Made by a program: the position numbers and the translations under genes. From Eledone cirrhosa (Eukaryota), in contig OZ024750.1 of the NCBI GenBank assembly GCA_964016885.1, positions 4,402,001 to 4,466,000 of the forward strand: a DNA stretch of 64,000 bases, read 5' to 3'. Below, in pieces: positions 43,500-57,299 of the stretch; within the stretch, counting starts at the first letter, position 1, and each line of letters starts with the position of its first letter. The notes beneath the pieces are model-generated. The model was not told where the DNA came from. It saw nothing but the letters and a program-made list of their open reading frames with translations, and made no database searches.

Positions 43500-43680
43500 A
43501 AGCATGCACAAAGTTCTTGTTCTAGACTTCCCGATCTCTGATCGCAGCAAGAAGATCTTGTCTAGTGAAGCCAGTGTCCCTCGTCAACAAAGTTCTGGTG
43601 GTTATGTTTGGACCTCTTACTCTATATCTGGTGTCTAGAGAAGCAGTTTTCCTGCAGGTTCATAATGGCGTGAAACAGGA
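43500..43680 (-). mobile_element. RTE-like LINE C-terminal remnant
   Basis: Translates to TRYRVRGPNITTRTLLTRDTGFTRQDLLAAIRDREV*, with the DTG...L...DR motif seen in 53410-53690. Confidence 0.55.
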
Positions 43681-44259
43681 CCAACAAGATTCAAGCAAAG
43701 TTAAATCCATAACATATTCTATTAAATATGTTATAACAAGTTCTCATATCAAAACCAAACTCCAGAAGTTTAAACTGAAAGCTTCCTTTATATGCAGCAT
43801 TAAAAATATTCACCAAAAATACTGAGAAGTTGCAAACCTCATTTCATAAACCAATAAGAAAAATACGCAGTAAAATTAACATTAATAAAAAAATACAATC
43901 GAGGAAGATAAAGTCGCCATTTTAAATTTCCCATAAAAACTTTATATGAGAACTTTCGTCAATAATGCTGTATTTATTCCCGAAACTTCTACTGGCTGGA
44001 AATAAATAGATAAATGCATAGAAACGTCAGGCTATTTTTACAATCGATATTAATATGAATGTAATTCTTTGCGGAAGAGATAAATAATTAGCTTAGTAGA
44101 CTTCAGAGTAGGAATGTATATGAGACAGCGATAACAAAGTTTTCAAAAACAGATTCGTCGATGGGTATTAAAGAGAAAAAACTCTAAGTGTTCCTATATA
44201 TATGAATATATGTATATATATATGTATATATATGTATATATATATATGTATATATATGT

Positions 44260-44336
<77 letters not shown>

Positions 44337-44877
44337 CATCTATATATTCATATATACATGTATACATATATACATGTAAGTGTGTATATATACATTATAT
44401 ATGTATACGTATGTACAATGTATAATACACACATTGAGAATATTATTGAATGCTTATTGTACTTAAATCTACTTTCGATAATATTTCATTCATTTTTTTT
44501 TTATCTGGTATTTTCTTGTGAGAGAATGAAAGTATAAATGTGTATTAATCTCTTAAGAATATAAAACGTTGTGGAAATATTATATTCGCGGTGTCTTATA
44601 CTTATAAATTGGAATGAATTGGCAGGAATATGTCCAAAAGTGACTTTTCGTTTTAGCTGGTTTCTAGTTATGGTTTCTCTCTACTTTAAAAGAGAATATT
44701 ATATGGCCATGAAATAACACAACTTGGCCAAATAATTAAGATGTTGATGTGTCGTAGTTTTATATCAGAACTACTGGATTCGGTTCCACTTTGGGGTATC
44801 TTCAAAGACCTTTTTTTTGTCCATAGTCTCAAACGTCAACAGTTTTGGTTAGCTTATCTTAAATAAGAATTAGAGTA

Positions 44878-45084
44878 CAGTGGAACCTCGGTTGACGAAG
44901 GTCTCTCATCGCAAACAAATTGCTTCATGAACAATCATTCTGAAATAAAACGTCTCGGTTGACGAATTGTGTCTCGAGTAACGAATATACAAGTTGGCAA
45001 CAATGGTTGGGAATATCGGCGGGAAAGCGTTACTTGGTGTGTAGTTAGTTACTATGGTGATGTCTAGCTCTCTTTCATACACAG

Positions 45085-45152
<68 letters not shown>

Positions 45153-45286
45153 CTCCAGAAATAGCCGTCGAAACGGCTTGAGCTCTGCGTCGGGGTCATA
45201 CTTTTTCCTATTTCCCACTATACTACCTAAGTATTGAGTACTCTGGTGCGTTATGGTCCATCTGGTTCCTTACCACAATTCCTTCG

Positions 45287-45327
<41 letters not shown>

Positions 45328-45450
45328 TCTCTCTCTCATTGTATTTCTCACTAACATTTCGTATGAGAAAAATAGTTTCGGTTTACGAAACATTTCAGGT
45401 GACGAACGACACTCACGAACGAATTAAGTTTGTGAAGCAAGGTTCCACTG
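44878..45450. mobile_element. Tigger/pogo-like MITE
   Basis: TIRs cagtggaacctcggttgacgaa / tttgtgaagcaaggttccactg, with TA on both sides. Confidence 0.8.
45152..45289 (+). mobile_element. Family D element nested in a Tigger-like MITE
   Basis: Reverse-complement homolog of 13203-13340, with (TA)n/(GA)n flanks. Confidence 0.65.
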
Positions 45451-46055
45451 TATATATTTCAAGAATAGTCCAATTAAACGTAACAGTTCTCATATGTCAC
45501 AACTAAAATCAGCTTTACATGTCAACCCTTCAGACTCAATAAAATAAAGAAACAGACAAGGGCGGTGTCCCAGCATGGCCTCGGTCGAATGGCTGGAACA
45601 GGTAAAAGAGTAAAAGAGTAAAGATATCTTAATTACTCGGAAGATAAATATAGAATAATTTCTCATTTTTGAAAGTATTTATCTCTGTTGAATACCTGTC
45701 TTTATATTCCAGGTATGACGTCAAATTAAGAAGCCAATATCGCACCAAGCTTACAGGCAGACAGCGGAGTTCATGAAATCACAATTAGTTCTAAATAGAA
45801 GACAAATTATATTATGAAAATATCGTTTCTCGTAAATTGCAATGACGTTATCTGATTGCTTAGGGTTAACAGATGTTTACATAACTGGTTTCTAATTATA
45901 TATATATATATGCGTGTGTTTGTAAAAGGTAAACAGAAATAACAGCACAAACGGTACACTATATGGAAGGAATGTATTAGTTTAGCGCTTAAAATAGCAG
46001 GAAGAGGGTCGTAACGCTTCGGACGCTAGTCTTATATATAAATGAATAAATACAT

Positions 46056-46114
<59 letters not shown>

Positions 46115-46345
46115 GGGGGGGGTGTATATATATATATGTGTGTGTGTGTGGTTGTTTTCGATGTTTCTGTACTTACATACATTATGTTAAAAACAACCAT
46201 ATTTAAAAAGTACTCAATAGTAAATGTAGAATAAAGTCAAATAAACAATGATGTTATTGAACTTTATTGCTTATCTGACTTTACTCTACTTTTAACATTG
46301 AGTACTTTTTAAGTATGGTTGTTTTGTACAGTTTCTCACACATGC

Positions 46346-46461
<116 letters not shown>

Positions 46462-47064
46462 GAAACTGTACAAAAGTGCAAACAGTACAATGTATGTATA
46501 CATATATATGTATATACATATGTATATATATATGTATATACATATATACATACATTGTCTTTTTCTTGTGTGCTGTATAGTTCAGATGTCTTAGGCTGTT
46601 GGTTGCAGTTATTTAAATAAATATGTTTTTGTAAGAAATCGTGCTACCAGCAGCTGGTATATCGATCTGAGAAGCAGGTTTTTATTGGCAGCTTTGCAGC
46701 TTAAGTTATTATAATTTACTAAGATAATTGGAAAAATATATTTCTCTCGTTTATTTTATTTATTTTATTTATTTATTTACTTTTGTGTGTTGCTTTGTGT
46801 TTTGTTTTGTTTTGTTTGTACTCAATTATTCCTGGTGACAGTAATGGATGTTTTTGAGGGGCTGCCAGCAAAAGTTGAAGTAAACCTCGATATTGCTCAA
46901 TGGGCAATAAACAGAATTCCAAAGCATTAAGCTACCATTTTGACAGAAATCTCTTGTTTCTCTGTATTTTACCAGTTTTAATTTTATAAACTCCCGAGGG
47001 TTTGACTCGAAAATCTAATTTAAACTTTGAATTATGAGAATTCTAATCATTTCTTTTGGTAGCA

Positions 47065-47325
47065 TTCTTCTTCTTCTTCTTCTTCTTCTTCTTCTTCTTC
47101 TTCTTCTTCTTCTTCACCACAACCACATATTCGTGTGAGGGTCGTGAGTGTAGAGTCCGCAAACACACCTTGTAGCGGCTCCTGTCAGAAGGAATCGTCT
47201 CCAACTGATCCGGCCGTATCCCCAAGCGAAACCAGATAAGCTCATGGATGTTATTCAACCCTCTTGCTCGGGGTCTACTCCTGAGTCTCCTGCCGGTCGG
47301 CTTTGCCCGTAAAATCTTCTTCTTG
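47065..47325 (-). mobile_element. RTE-clade (Rex3/Expander-like) LINE 3' end with (GAA)n tail
   Basis: Translates to KILRAKPTGRRLRSRPRARGLNNIHELIWFRLGIRPDQLETIPSDRSRY..., matching the RTE C-terminal GRRxRGRPRxRW...LGI...DR pattern. Confidence 0.75.
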
Positions 47326-47716
47326 GGAGGATCATGGTGGCCGAGTACTCAGACACGTCTTCTTAAGGTATATATTATCCTTAATTCAAGAAATGTATGA
47401 AATTCCTATATTATTTATTATTTGTAAATAAAATTTGAACTAAATACGCTACCAGTCCTGTAGTTTTTTAAGCGCCTATTAAACGCAGAATCTTATATTA
47501 TTGTTGCCCTTACATTGCATTCATGTGCATGACACTAGATGGCGTTCGTTCTCAGCAATTATACAATGACCAAAAAAAAAATAAAAAAATAAAATAAATA
47601 CATAAAAAAGGACACTAACCATGTGGTTTCAAAAAGCAAACATAAATAACAAAGCAAACGACACAGTAAATTGAAAAAAAAAAATTAATTTAACGCTTGA
47701 AATAACAGGAAAAGAG

Positions 47717-47752
47717 TCTCAACGTTTCGGACACTAATTCTTCATCAGAAGA
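47717..47752 (-). ncRNA. Degenerate minimal hammerhead motif
   Basis: Minus strand reads tctt-CTGATGA-agaattagtgtcc-GAAA-cg-TT|gaga. Stem II is weak. Confidence 0.45.
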
Positions 47753-48484
47753 TAGAGTTAGAAATAAAAGATAAAATAACAAAGATAAAGAGTTAGAAGA
47801 AGAAGGAACGGGGAAAAAATGTGCGTATTCAGTCAGCCATTTTGGAGATTATCTACCCCGAAGGTTTATGTCTAATTGCGATATCATACTCTGGACAAAC
47901 GCCGATGGCGTTTGTGCAGCAAATTAATTCTATGGACATGTTTTATGGACTGGAATAATTCCATTGTGAAGCCACTATGACCCATCGGCTTACTTCCACA
48001 ACTTCCAATCTTTCCTGTAACCAAACTCTTTAAACTTTATCCTCCAACGAAATACTTATGCATAATCATTTACTTATTTATTTATTCTTTATATCGTCTG
48101 CTTTTTTTCCCGCCTAAGAAATTACTTCTTATCTTCACGGTAGATCGTCTTAGTATTACCAAAGTTTCAATGAGATTTTGTTGTTGTTGTTGTCTTGTTT
48201 CGTTTTTAATTTTCTTTTCTTCTATGTTGTTCCACGCAACCGTCATTGAGAAGCGGGAGTTTGGTTAGACTTTCCTTCATAACACCATCTGGTACTAATG
48301 AACTTTCTCCAATATGGCAAGTTGCTGTAGTGGATGCCACTTTTTTTTTCCTTGTGGTCGGATAGAATTAGATGTAGGATAACTTTTGCAGGTGTATAAT
48401 TCTAAACATTTTCACATGAATTCTGTTTTGATTTTATATCAAATTTCGCACTGTAAACGTTTGGTTTTATTTTGAAAAACTGTT

Positions 48485-48675
48485 CTTGTTGTTGCTGCTG
48501 CTTGTGTTATTGTTGTTGTTGTTGTTGTTAGAGCTTCTGGTGAATGCTTTAGGAACTGCGTCTTCTTCCATCCTGCTTGTCCTCTCCTCTCCCTACTACT
48601 ACTACTACTACCACCACCACCACCACCACTACTACTACTTCTACTACCACTACTACTACTACCACCACCACCACC

Positions 48676-48722
<47 letters not shown>

Positions 48723-48755
48723 CACCAATACTACTACCACCACTACTACCACACT

Positions 48756-48789
<34 letters not shown>

Positions 48790-48869
48790 TCACAACCACC
48801 AATACTACTGCCACCACTACTACCACTAACATCATTACTACTACTACTACTACCACCACCACCACCACC

Positions 48870-48901
<32 letters not shown>

Positions 48902-48902
48902 C
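48485..48902. repeat. Trinucleotide arrays (TTG, ACT, ACC)
   Basis: Direct reading. Similar arrays lie at 15165-15455, 35795-35955, 36365-36530, 37480-37575 and 41190-41445. Confidence 0.9.
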
Positions 48903-49218
48903 AATATTGACGAAAGTTTTTCTAGTTTGTAGTACTGGGACAAGATATTGTAACAGTCATTGCTTGGAGAAAAGTCGATTTTTCCAGACAAATTAGTCCC
49001 AAACGCAGACGAATTCTTCGATGAGAATTCACTATATTAATGAGTTTCCACTGTCACGACTCCAATATTCCTGTCATATGTAACATATACTAGTAAGTTA
49101 GTAGTCAAACAACACTAGTCGGCTATTATTTCATTCTTGTATTATCCTACTGTTTATATATAGATTTAATGTGGTCAAACTTCTGATCATGCTAACGTCT
49201 TAAAACACCATTGATAAT

Positions 49219-49598
49219 TGTTTCTATTTTTGGCACACGGCCAGCAATTATCCCAGTCTATTACTGGTACTTTATTTTATCGACCCCATAAGGATGAAAG
49301 GCAAAGCTAACTTCAGTGCAATTTGAACTCAAAATATAAAGGGATGTAACTCTATGTCACAAAGCATGGCGTCTGACCCTCTACCGATACTGCCAGTCCA
49401 TCACCTTAATAATTGTTTCTACTTTTGGCACAAGGCCAGCAATTACCCAGTACATTACTGGTACTTTGTTTTATCGATCCCGTAAGTTTGAAAGACAAAG
49501 TTCACTTCGGCGAGATTTGAACTCAGACCGAAAAGGGACATAACTCTTTGCTGCAAAGCAAGGCGTCCGACCCTCTACCGATACTGCCAATCCACCGC
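49219..49598 (-). mobile_element. Head-to-tail SINE A dimer
   Basis: Two full copies (~49219-49405 and 49408-49598) are flanked by one TSD, aaaacaccatt(g/a)ataat (49202-49218 / 49599-49615). Confidence 0.85.
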
Positions 49599-49922
49599 AA
49601 AACACCATTAATAATGTCTACCGCAACTGTTTTTCACACAAGATGTATTTTATTCATTTCTATTGGGTCTTTCTCCCTATTTTTATCACCATAACAACAT
49701 CCTGTTGTTTTCCCATCATAGTGTAAGAAATATTGAATTGCTAGCTATAACCATTCAATTTCCAAATTCTAGTCAATGAGAAACCATAAACATATTCTAT
49801 ATATATATATTCTACATACATATATATACATACATATATATTCTACACACATATATACACATTTGTGACTATATCCCGGTAGATAGATAAATATTTGTGC
49901 ATCAATATCAATAATATGTGCG

Positions 49923-49964
<42 letters not shown>

Positions 49965-50734
49965 CATTATATATATTATATATATATATAAATACATTAT
50001 ATACATTATATATATATATATATATATAGTATATGTGTGGTTACGTTCAGTTATGTATAGAAGTTAGACATATCTATCATATAATTACACAAAATATCAT
50101 GCAAGCTATGGTTTCTACAAGTAATGCAACAGACACACCAATATACACACATGCATATACTCAAACACACACACAAACGTACACATACGCATACAAGCAT
50201 ATACACACACAAACAGTCTGTGTGTGAGGGATGGGTGGGCGGTGTATGTATTCCTATCAACATTTTGCACAGTTTCACTCTGTCTTGCTGTCTAATCGCC
50301 TAGAATAATGTTTGTTCACAGCAATGGAAGCAGGCATAAGCATGTAGAGTAAACGAGAACTATCTGATAGGTAATAAAATATTATTCATTGCTCTAATGG
50401 CTGGCATATATTGCAACAGAGTGCTTCCTAAGAATTGATGACGCGGAAATTGCAATATAACGGAGTCAGTGCAGATGGCGGCTATTCTTTATAATTTCCT
50501 TTCTAGAGTTTGAAGAACTTATGTAGATATCGGATCGTTTCTTGCAAGTTTTCCCGAAATTACATACATACATACATACATACATTCATACATACATACA
50601 TACATACATACATACATACATACATACATACATACATACATTCATACATACATACATACATACAGACAGACATACAGACAGATAGAAAAACATAGAGGGG
50701 GAATAGATAGATTGATATATATATATATATATAT

Positions 50735-50909
50735 ATTTATTAAAATAACAGATTAAAGTTTAAGCAAAAAATCGGTGCTTTCACCCTTAACGGGATCTTC
50801 TGAAATTAATTTATTTTAATAAATATTTTCTCTACGGTTCTTATATATTTGATATATATTTATCCTTATCGAGCCCTCTTTGGATTTTAGTCTTCAAATT
50901 TATTATTAT

Positions 50910-50913
<4 letters not shown>
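50735..50913. mobile_element. Family C element with inverted 5' segment
   Basis: 50735-50805 matches 12760-12828 directly, and 50810-50913 is the reverse complement of 12668-12770. Both flanks are (TA)n. Confidence 0.65.
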
Positions 50914-50960
<47 letters not shown>

Positions 50961-50975
50961 TAGATAGATAGATAT

Positions 50976-51024
<49 letters not shown>

Positions 51025-51139
51025 GGGATACATAGATGACTTGTGCATTAACAAAGTTTTGTTTCAATGGTGTTTTGTACCGCAGAGCATATATAGAGAG
51101 ACTTCAGCTAACATTGCATGTAATAGATAGTGTTAAACT

Positions 51140-51178
<39 letters not shown>

Positions 51179-52105
51179 TATATATATATATAAGTGAACA
51201 GGAAAAGTTGTATCAACAAGACAAGTTTCAAAACTGTGTTAAGATTTTGTTTATTAAATTAGCTGCCAAAACCATGTTTTATTATACAAATCGTTTAATC
51301 TTATATATTCAAGGCTTTAGTAATAGTGGGTTTAAAGGGAGTGTCACTGTGATGTATTTAGTCGCTGATTAAACCCCAAAACAAGATTGAAACTTTTATG
51401 TTACATCTGGTACAACATTGGAGATAAACCTGCAACAGTTTATGAAGTACAAAATAAACTGCATCCTCCGTCATTCCACCAGTTGAAGTGAAAACAGGGA
51501 GATGTCAGACGTGAATCCTACTCCTTAACCACTGTCGTATGGCAATATCATAGTAACTTGTTGGATGTTTTAGGTATTGAACGAATTCCCGCGGAAGACG
51601 ATGCTGCCAAGTTCAAATTTCTTATGTAGTACTTACTAGGTGTACTTATAGGTTGCGGATTCACAATTGGAGCTTGGAACTGTACAGAGTATGGAATATC
51701 AGAAACCGTTAGCTCCGGGTAACATACAAATCTTCTTCCCTTTGGTATACCGTGCGGTTATCTATTGTAATTAGACATTGAAGTGAAAACAGTGAGATAT
51801 AACATGTGAATTCAATACCTTAACCAAATGGTCTTCTTGAATAGATCCATACATATCGAACTGTTGAAGAACATCCCATACATTAACTTTAACTCACTCA
51901 ATAACAAGATACATTATTTATAGAAGATAGGTTCTATTTGTCTACAGGATGACAACTGTGTGACAACCATATCAACACAGCGGACGTCAAATGAATCACA
52001 CAATCTGTTAAAGAACACAATATCACATTAATATAAAGCAATGAATGCAATGGTGAAAATTCAGAAGAGGTTCATACACACAGACACGCATGCGCGTACG
52101 TTTGA

Positions 52106-52153
<48 letters not shown>

Positions 52154-52293
52154 AATATCAAATTCTGTCCCTTCATCATTCAGGAGAATATGGCCGAAAA
52201 TTGCTACAAGTGTATCATAACAGAAAAGTAATATTACTATTCATTTCAATATAGATTTGAATGTTACATACATAAATACACACACGCACACAC

Positions 52294-52326
<33 letters not shown>

Positions 52327-52596
52327 GGTGTGTATCCGTGTGTGTATACATGCATACATACATATATGTATACATATAAGCAGGTATGTCTATAAATATG
52401 TATATCTAAGTACATGTTTGTATAGTTCGTATTGAATTGCTGACAACATTTTGATTTCCTGTTGGAATAAATTCACTCGCTGCTGTAATACTCTTAGGAA
52501 AGCTTACATTTCCTCTAGCTACACAACTGTTAGATTTATGTCTAATAATAAAATCATGTGTAGTTAACTATGTATTTTTGTATGAATATATAAGTG

Positions 52597-52684
<88 letters not shown>

Positions 52685-52739
52685 ATGTATGTATGTATGT
52701 ATATATCTAGGAGAAGGAAAACTCTGATATAACACCTGC

Positions 52740-53078
52740 AACCCTGATGGTATCCAACGATGTTGACTTGTTCTTCTTTTTGGTAAATATCATCTTGGTT
52801 AAGAGAGTGGGACTGGCTTTGTGCAGTGCCTTTGCTCACTATAAAAGCTTCACGGAACAGGCATTGTTTTATATCTGGAGATCTCTCTACACTTGTCATC
52901 ACATGGTACCATGGGTCCAGCACTATGTGTCAATAATTGTCACAAGTGTAGTGTTTGTACCAGAGTTTTCAAGTCGCTGGCTGGACTAAAAAATCACACT
53001 CGTTCAGCAGATCGGTAGGGGTTCTCCTACATGGATATAAAGTAGTGGCTGTACTCGAAAACGAGTTGGCAGCCACCA
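52740..53078 (+). mobile_element. RTE-BovB-like LINE 3' remnant with terminal zinc finger
   Basis: 52938-53006 encodes CHKCSVCTRVFKSLAGLKNHTRS, followed by a short UTR and a (TATG)n tail. Confidence 0.6.
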
Positions 53079-53409
53079 TATATGTATGTATGTATATATG
53101 TATGTTTTTATATAATGTAAGAAAATAGTCCAGCAAAAGATGTTACGTAACTGTGCAGTTAAAGTGTAAATTTTCACTTATGGAAAGTCTCTGCTGATTT
53201 CAGGCTTCAGTCAATGTGTTAATGACCGACAGCCACCATTAATGATAAACCCAACGGTAGTTGAGTCTCATAAGGATTAGAAATAGCAGCTAACTTCTCC
53301 TCCAATGAAGACTCATCTCTGTCTTTACAAAAGGATAAATTTAACAAGTTAGTCTTAAATATCTCTATCTCTATCTCTCTCTATCTAGGGCTGGTAAAAT
53401 TCCTGAGAT

Positions 53410-53690
53410 CCATGGACGAGTTCTCCCCAGCGGTCTCTGTCATTCAACATCGCTGCTAAGTCCTGCGTCTGGCAGACAGAGATCAGTGTCTGTCCTTAGG
53501 GCATCAATATATGTCATCCTCGGTTTCCTTCTTCTAGTATGTCCGCGTAGGAGCTCCCATAGGAGCACTGAATGCCGTGTGAACTCTGGATGTCGGTGAG
53601 CATGTACAGCTAACTTCAGTCTCTTCTCTGCGTCACTTTCGAGTTGACTTTTGGGAGGCTCCTGTACAGCTCTGAGCTCTTCATATTCAG
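53410..53690 (-). mobile_element. RTE-like LINE ORF2 C-terminal remnant (frameshifted)
   Basis: Translates to ...RLKLAVHAHRHPEFTRHSVLLWELLRGHTRRRKPRMTYIDALRTDTDL.../QDLAAMLNDRDRW. Confidence 0.75.
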
Positions 53691-54064
53691 AGCATACAGA
53701 TTAATGTTCAGAGTCTTAGATATATTAGAATGAAAGTGATGTAAACTTCCTGGCATATTCAGAAATGTTAAAAGCGTCAATGCCAGAGGCGATAGCGTAA
53801 CAAACTAAATGTCCAAGAGTGTTCTTCACTTTCAAAGATGTAGGTTCTAAATATAGACTTCTGTGGTTGATAGAATAAAATCAATAGAAATCTTCTTCCT
53901 TGTGAATTAATAATTAATGGTCTTGTATCAATGGAGTGAAATAAATATTCTGTTTCGCTTTAGTCATTTAAAATTGTGTTGGATCTATCTTTGCTGCTCT
54001 TGTAAAGTTTCTGGAATATTATTAAGAAAGTTGACCATATATCAAGTGTTCTTTTAGTATGAAA

Positions 54065-54430
54065 TACGAGGGTCAGCTGAACAGTTCATAGGCTGACCAA
54101 GATACTCTCATGGAATGACCAAATGATGTTTATTTTTCAACATAGACCCTGGAAAGAAACCAACAGTTATTAATAAAAGTATTTGAAATTGATGCATGCA
54201 AGATTTCACAGCTCTAGCATCACTACAATATATGAGGGTCAACTTAAAAGTTCATAGGCTGACCAGGATACTCTCATAGAATGACCAAATGGGTTTATTT
54301 TTCAACATAGTTCTTAGAAAGAAACAATGCAGTTATTAATAAAAAGAGTTGAATTCCTGCATGCAAGATTTCACAGTTCTAACATCACTCCTTCATAGTC
54401 AGCCTATGAAATTATCAGCCCACCCTCGTA
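54065..54430. mobile_element. Mariner-like MITE with internal tandem duplication
   Basis: TIRs TAcgagggtcagctgaacagttcataggctgac / gtcagcctatgaaattatcagcccaccctcgTA. 54065-54225 is repeated at 54231-54390, with related pieces at 27800-27912, 16432-16470 and 55760-55784. Confidence 0.75.
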
Positions 54431-55319
54431 CATTTAAATATGAATATATTATTAAATTGTTTCTTTTCATGAGGAAACTGGTATTGCCATATATTCAGTG
54501 TCAGATCTACCACTGTGGTGCTTAAGCATAGGGCCCCGTTGACTGGGAAGCGGGGTGCATCTTCCTGTCCCCCCTCCCCTCCCCCTCCCAAACAGTTTTG
54601 ACAGGACACAGGAGCAGTTTACACTGTAACGCTAGTTACATATTCTACTCAGAATTACCTAAGGGGCAGTTTACATTTTAACGCTAGTTAAGTATTCTAC
54701 TCACAATGACCTAAGGGATAATTTCATTATCACACGTAGTTTCATAATAAAAACTCCTAGTTTGAGTATAGTTTGCTTCTGTGTATATAAGAATAAGACA
54801 TATGGCAACAATTAAAGATCAAATAGATCGAAACGAAGTGCAGATGTAAATTTTAATAGAATAATTTTTATCTTGAAAGATTGGAGGGATTTACAACTAA
54901 GAAATATTTAATTACTTTCTCGAGGGTCAAAGGGAATCTCGTATGAATTATATAGCAATGTATTCTAATACAGTTCTGGTAGATGTAAAGTTGGGTGGGT
55001 CTTTTCCCAGGGAACGAACATAAAACCAGTAACGGGATACGAATTATCAAACTGTAATCAGATATTCTTTGTTATCAGATAATTTATATCCAGGTTAAAC
55101 AGAAATTTACATTGAATCAATATCCTTATAGAGAAACGTAGACACATATATAACTCAATTTCCACTCAAAAGTATAATTGAAGTATACATATATACAAAT
55201 TTAAAAAAACCCTTGTTAAAAGCATATTTTTCCCTTAAAAAAGGCATTCTGTGTTATTATTGCCCAAATATAGATTTTGTTTTCCTAGAATATGTAGGTG
55301 ATAATCCAGCAATATAATC

Positions 55320-55530
55320 TATATTCACCAGTGGAGACTTCTGGTGTCCTTGGCTCTAGGGTCACGTCCCTACTCACCACCATCGACACAGCACAGAGCT
55401 GGCTACCCACAGGGGTAAGCCTTGCGAGATGGAATGGCTCTTCCAACGCGTCTCCCTCACCATCCTCCGGGGGAAACGCCTTCTCTATTTTGTCCGCCGG
55501 GACCGTGGGGTGGCCAGCACGTGGACCCAC
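55320..55530 (+). mobile_element. CRE-like non-LTR 3' remnant, second copy
   Basis: Translates with frameshifts to PVETSGVLGSRVTSLLTTI/...EWLFQRVSLTILRGNAFSILSAG. Homologous to 35298-35454. Confidence 0.7.
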
Positions 55531-56133
55531 ATTTACCTATGAATGTTTCAGCCTAGGAACCTTTCAACCGACCCTGGAACGCTTTAAGATAGTTTATCGA
55601 GTATTTGATCTGCTAGTTTATGATATAATAAACTTTATATTGTGGCTTATTAAGTGTTTACTTAATAAACCAGAGGAATGAGCGTGTCTCCCACCCAATA
55701 TTACCTTTAATAGGTTTAAAGTACCTTAAAGTTTTAAATACTATAAGTTTAAAAAATGACTATGACTTTTCAGCTGACCCTCGTGTTTTGTTTTATTACA
55801 GCAGTTGGTGTCATAAAAATATGTATTTTGATAAGAAAAATAATAAAAGAGTGAGAATTCTTTATTTAATCTATGAGAGAACACCGCCGTGCCCTAGGCC
55901 TAGAGCTCTCCACTCCCCACCCCCCGTTCTTCTGTGACCCTACATCCCTTGCCTTTCCACTCCTTTTCCGCTTTCATAAACACAAAAGATACTTGAAAAA
56001 TATTACACTCCTCCCATAGATTGAATAATAAAATGTAGGACTTATTTTAGATGAAAAATTACAAGTTAATATTTTGAATTAGCATTGCTACGATGTAACT
56101 GCCCATAACATTTCTTTGAGAAAAATATAAAAC

Positions 56134-56201
<68 letters not shown>

Positions 56202-56208
56202 TATATAA

Positions 56209-56258
56209 TAAAAGATTCAGGACCCCGACGGCTGAGCTCCAGCCGTTTCGACAGCTAC
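56209..56258 (-). mobile_element. Family D fragment
   Basis: aagattcaggaccccgacggctgagctccagccgtttcgacagcta. Confidence 0.6.
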
Positions 56259-56726
56259 ATATAGATATATATATCATTAGCTCACCGCTTATCTTAGTAA
56301 AACTATGATAATTTATTCCCTGTGTTTATGATTCTCCCACTTTAACCCATCCAACATCCACAACGTATGTTGTTTTGTCTTTTGAAGGACTTTTTCATTA
56401 AAAACGAAAACAGAAATGTTTCATATTCTAACATTGTAAAAATAGTTCAATGGTTTAAAAAGCTTTGTACTTACTCTCTTATTAAAATAGATTTTAAATT
56501 AAGCCGGCAACTTTCCCAGTATACTTGCCAATTAACTAGAATAAAAACATTCAATAAAACATTTAATGATCTAATCCGATTATTCTGTTTTGTTGTGGCT
56601 TTGATATTATTTCTTTTGACCAAATCTATTGCTAAGATATTGCCAAATCTCATTGACTGCCTCTTCAAAATATACCATCTTTTGGCTTTAGAACATGTAC
56701 GTACATACATACATGTGTATATATAT

Positions 56727-56804
<78 letters not shown>

Positions 56805-56929
56805 GCATACAAACACACATATATATATATGTATATTAAAATGATGAAGTTTACATGTATTTAGTTTCTTGTGTATCGACCAGTTACGTGCGTTTGTGTT
56901 TGTATGTGTGTACGTATATATGTATATAT

Positions 56930-56999
<70 letters not shown>

Positions 57000-57112
57000 G
57001 AAACAATTGCTCTCGGTATGGTGAACTAACTGTTGTGTAACCACTTCTACCTAACTCGTCCCATGGACTGAGTGCTCTACCACTACGGATATTACCTTCC
57101 AGTGTTCTACCG

Positions 57113-57222
<110 letters not shown>

Positions 57223-57299
57223 TTGGACAGGAAAAGATTATATTGGTACATTTCTGAACAAGGAAGTTATACTATGCGGTTGCAAGCAGACACGAACAT

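Noticed and set aside
52938-53006. Host C2H2 zinc-finger gene
   Set aside because: It is a single incomplete finger followed by a short UTR and microsatellite tail, which fits a LINE ORF2 terminus better.
56367-56700. Non-repetitive part of a 165-aa ORF
   Set aside because: It has AT-driven L/I/K/F composition, no motif, and runs into (TA)n.
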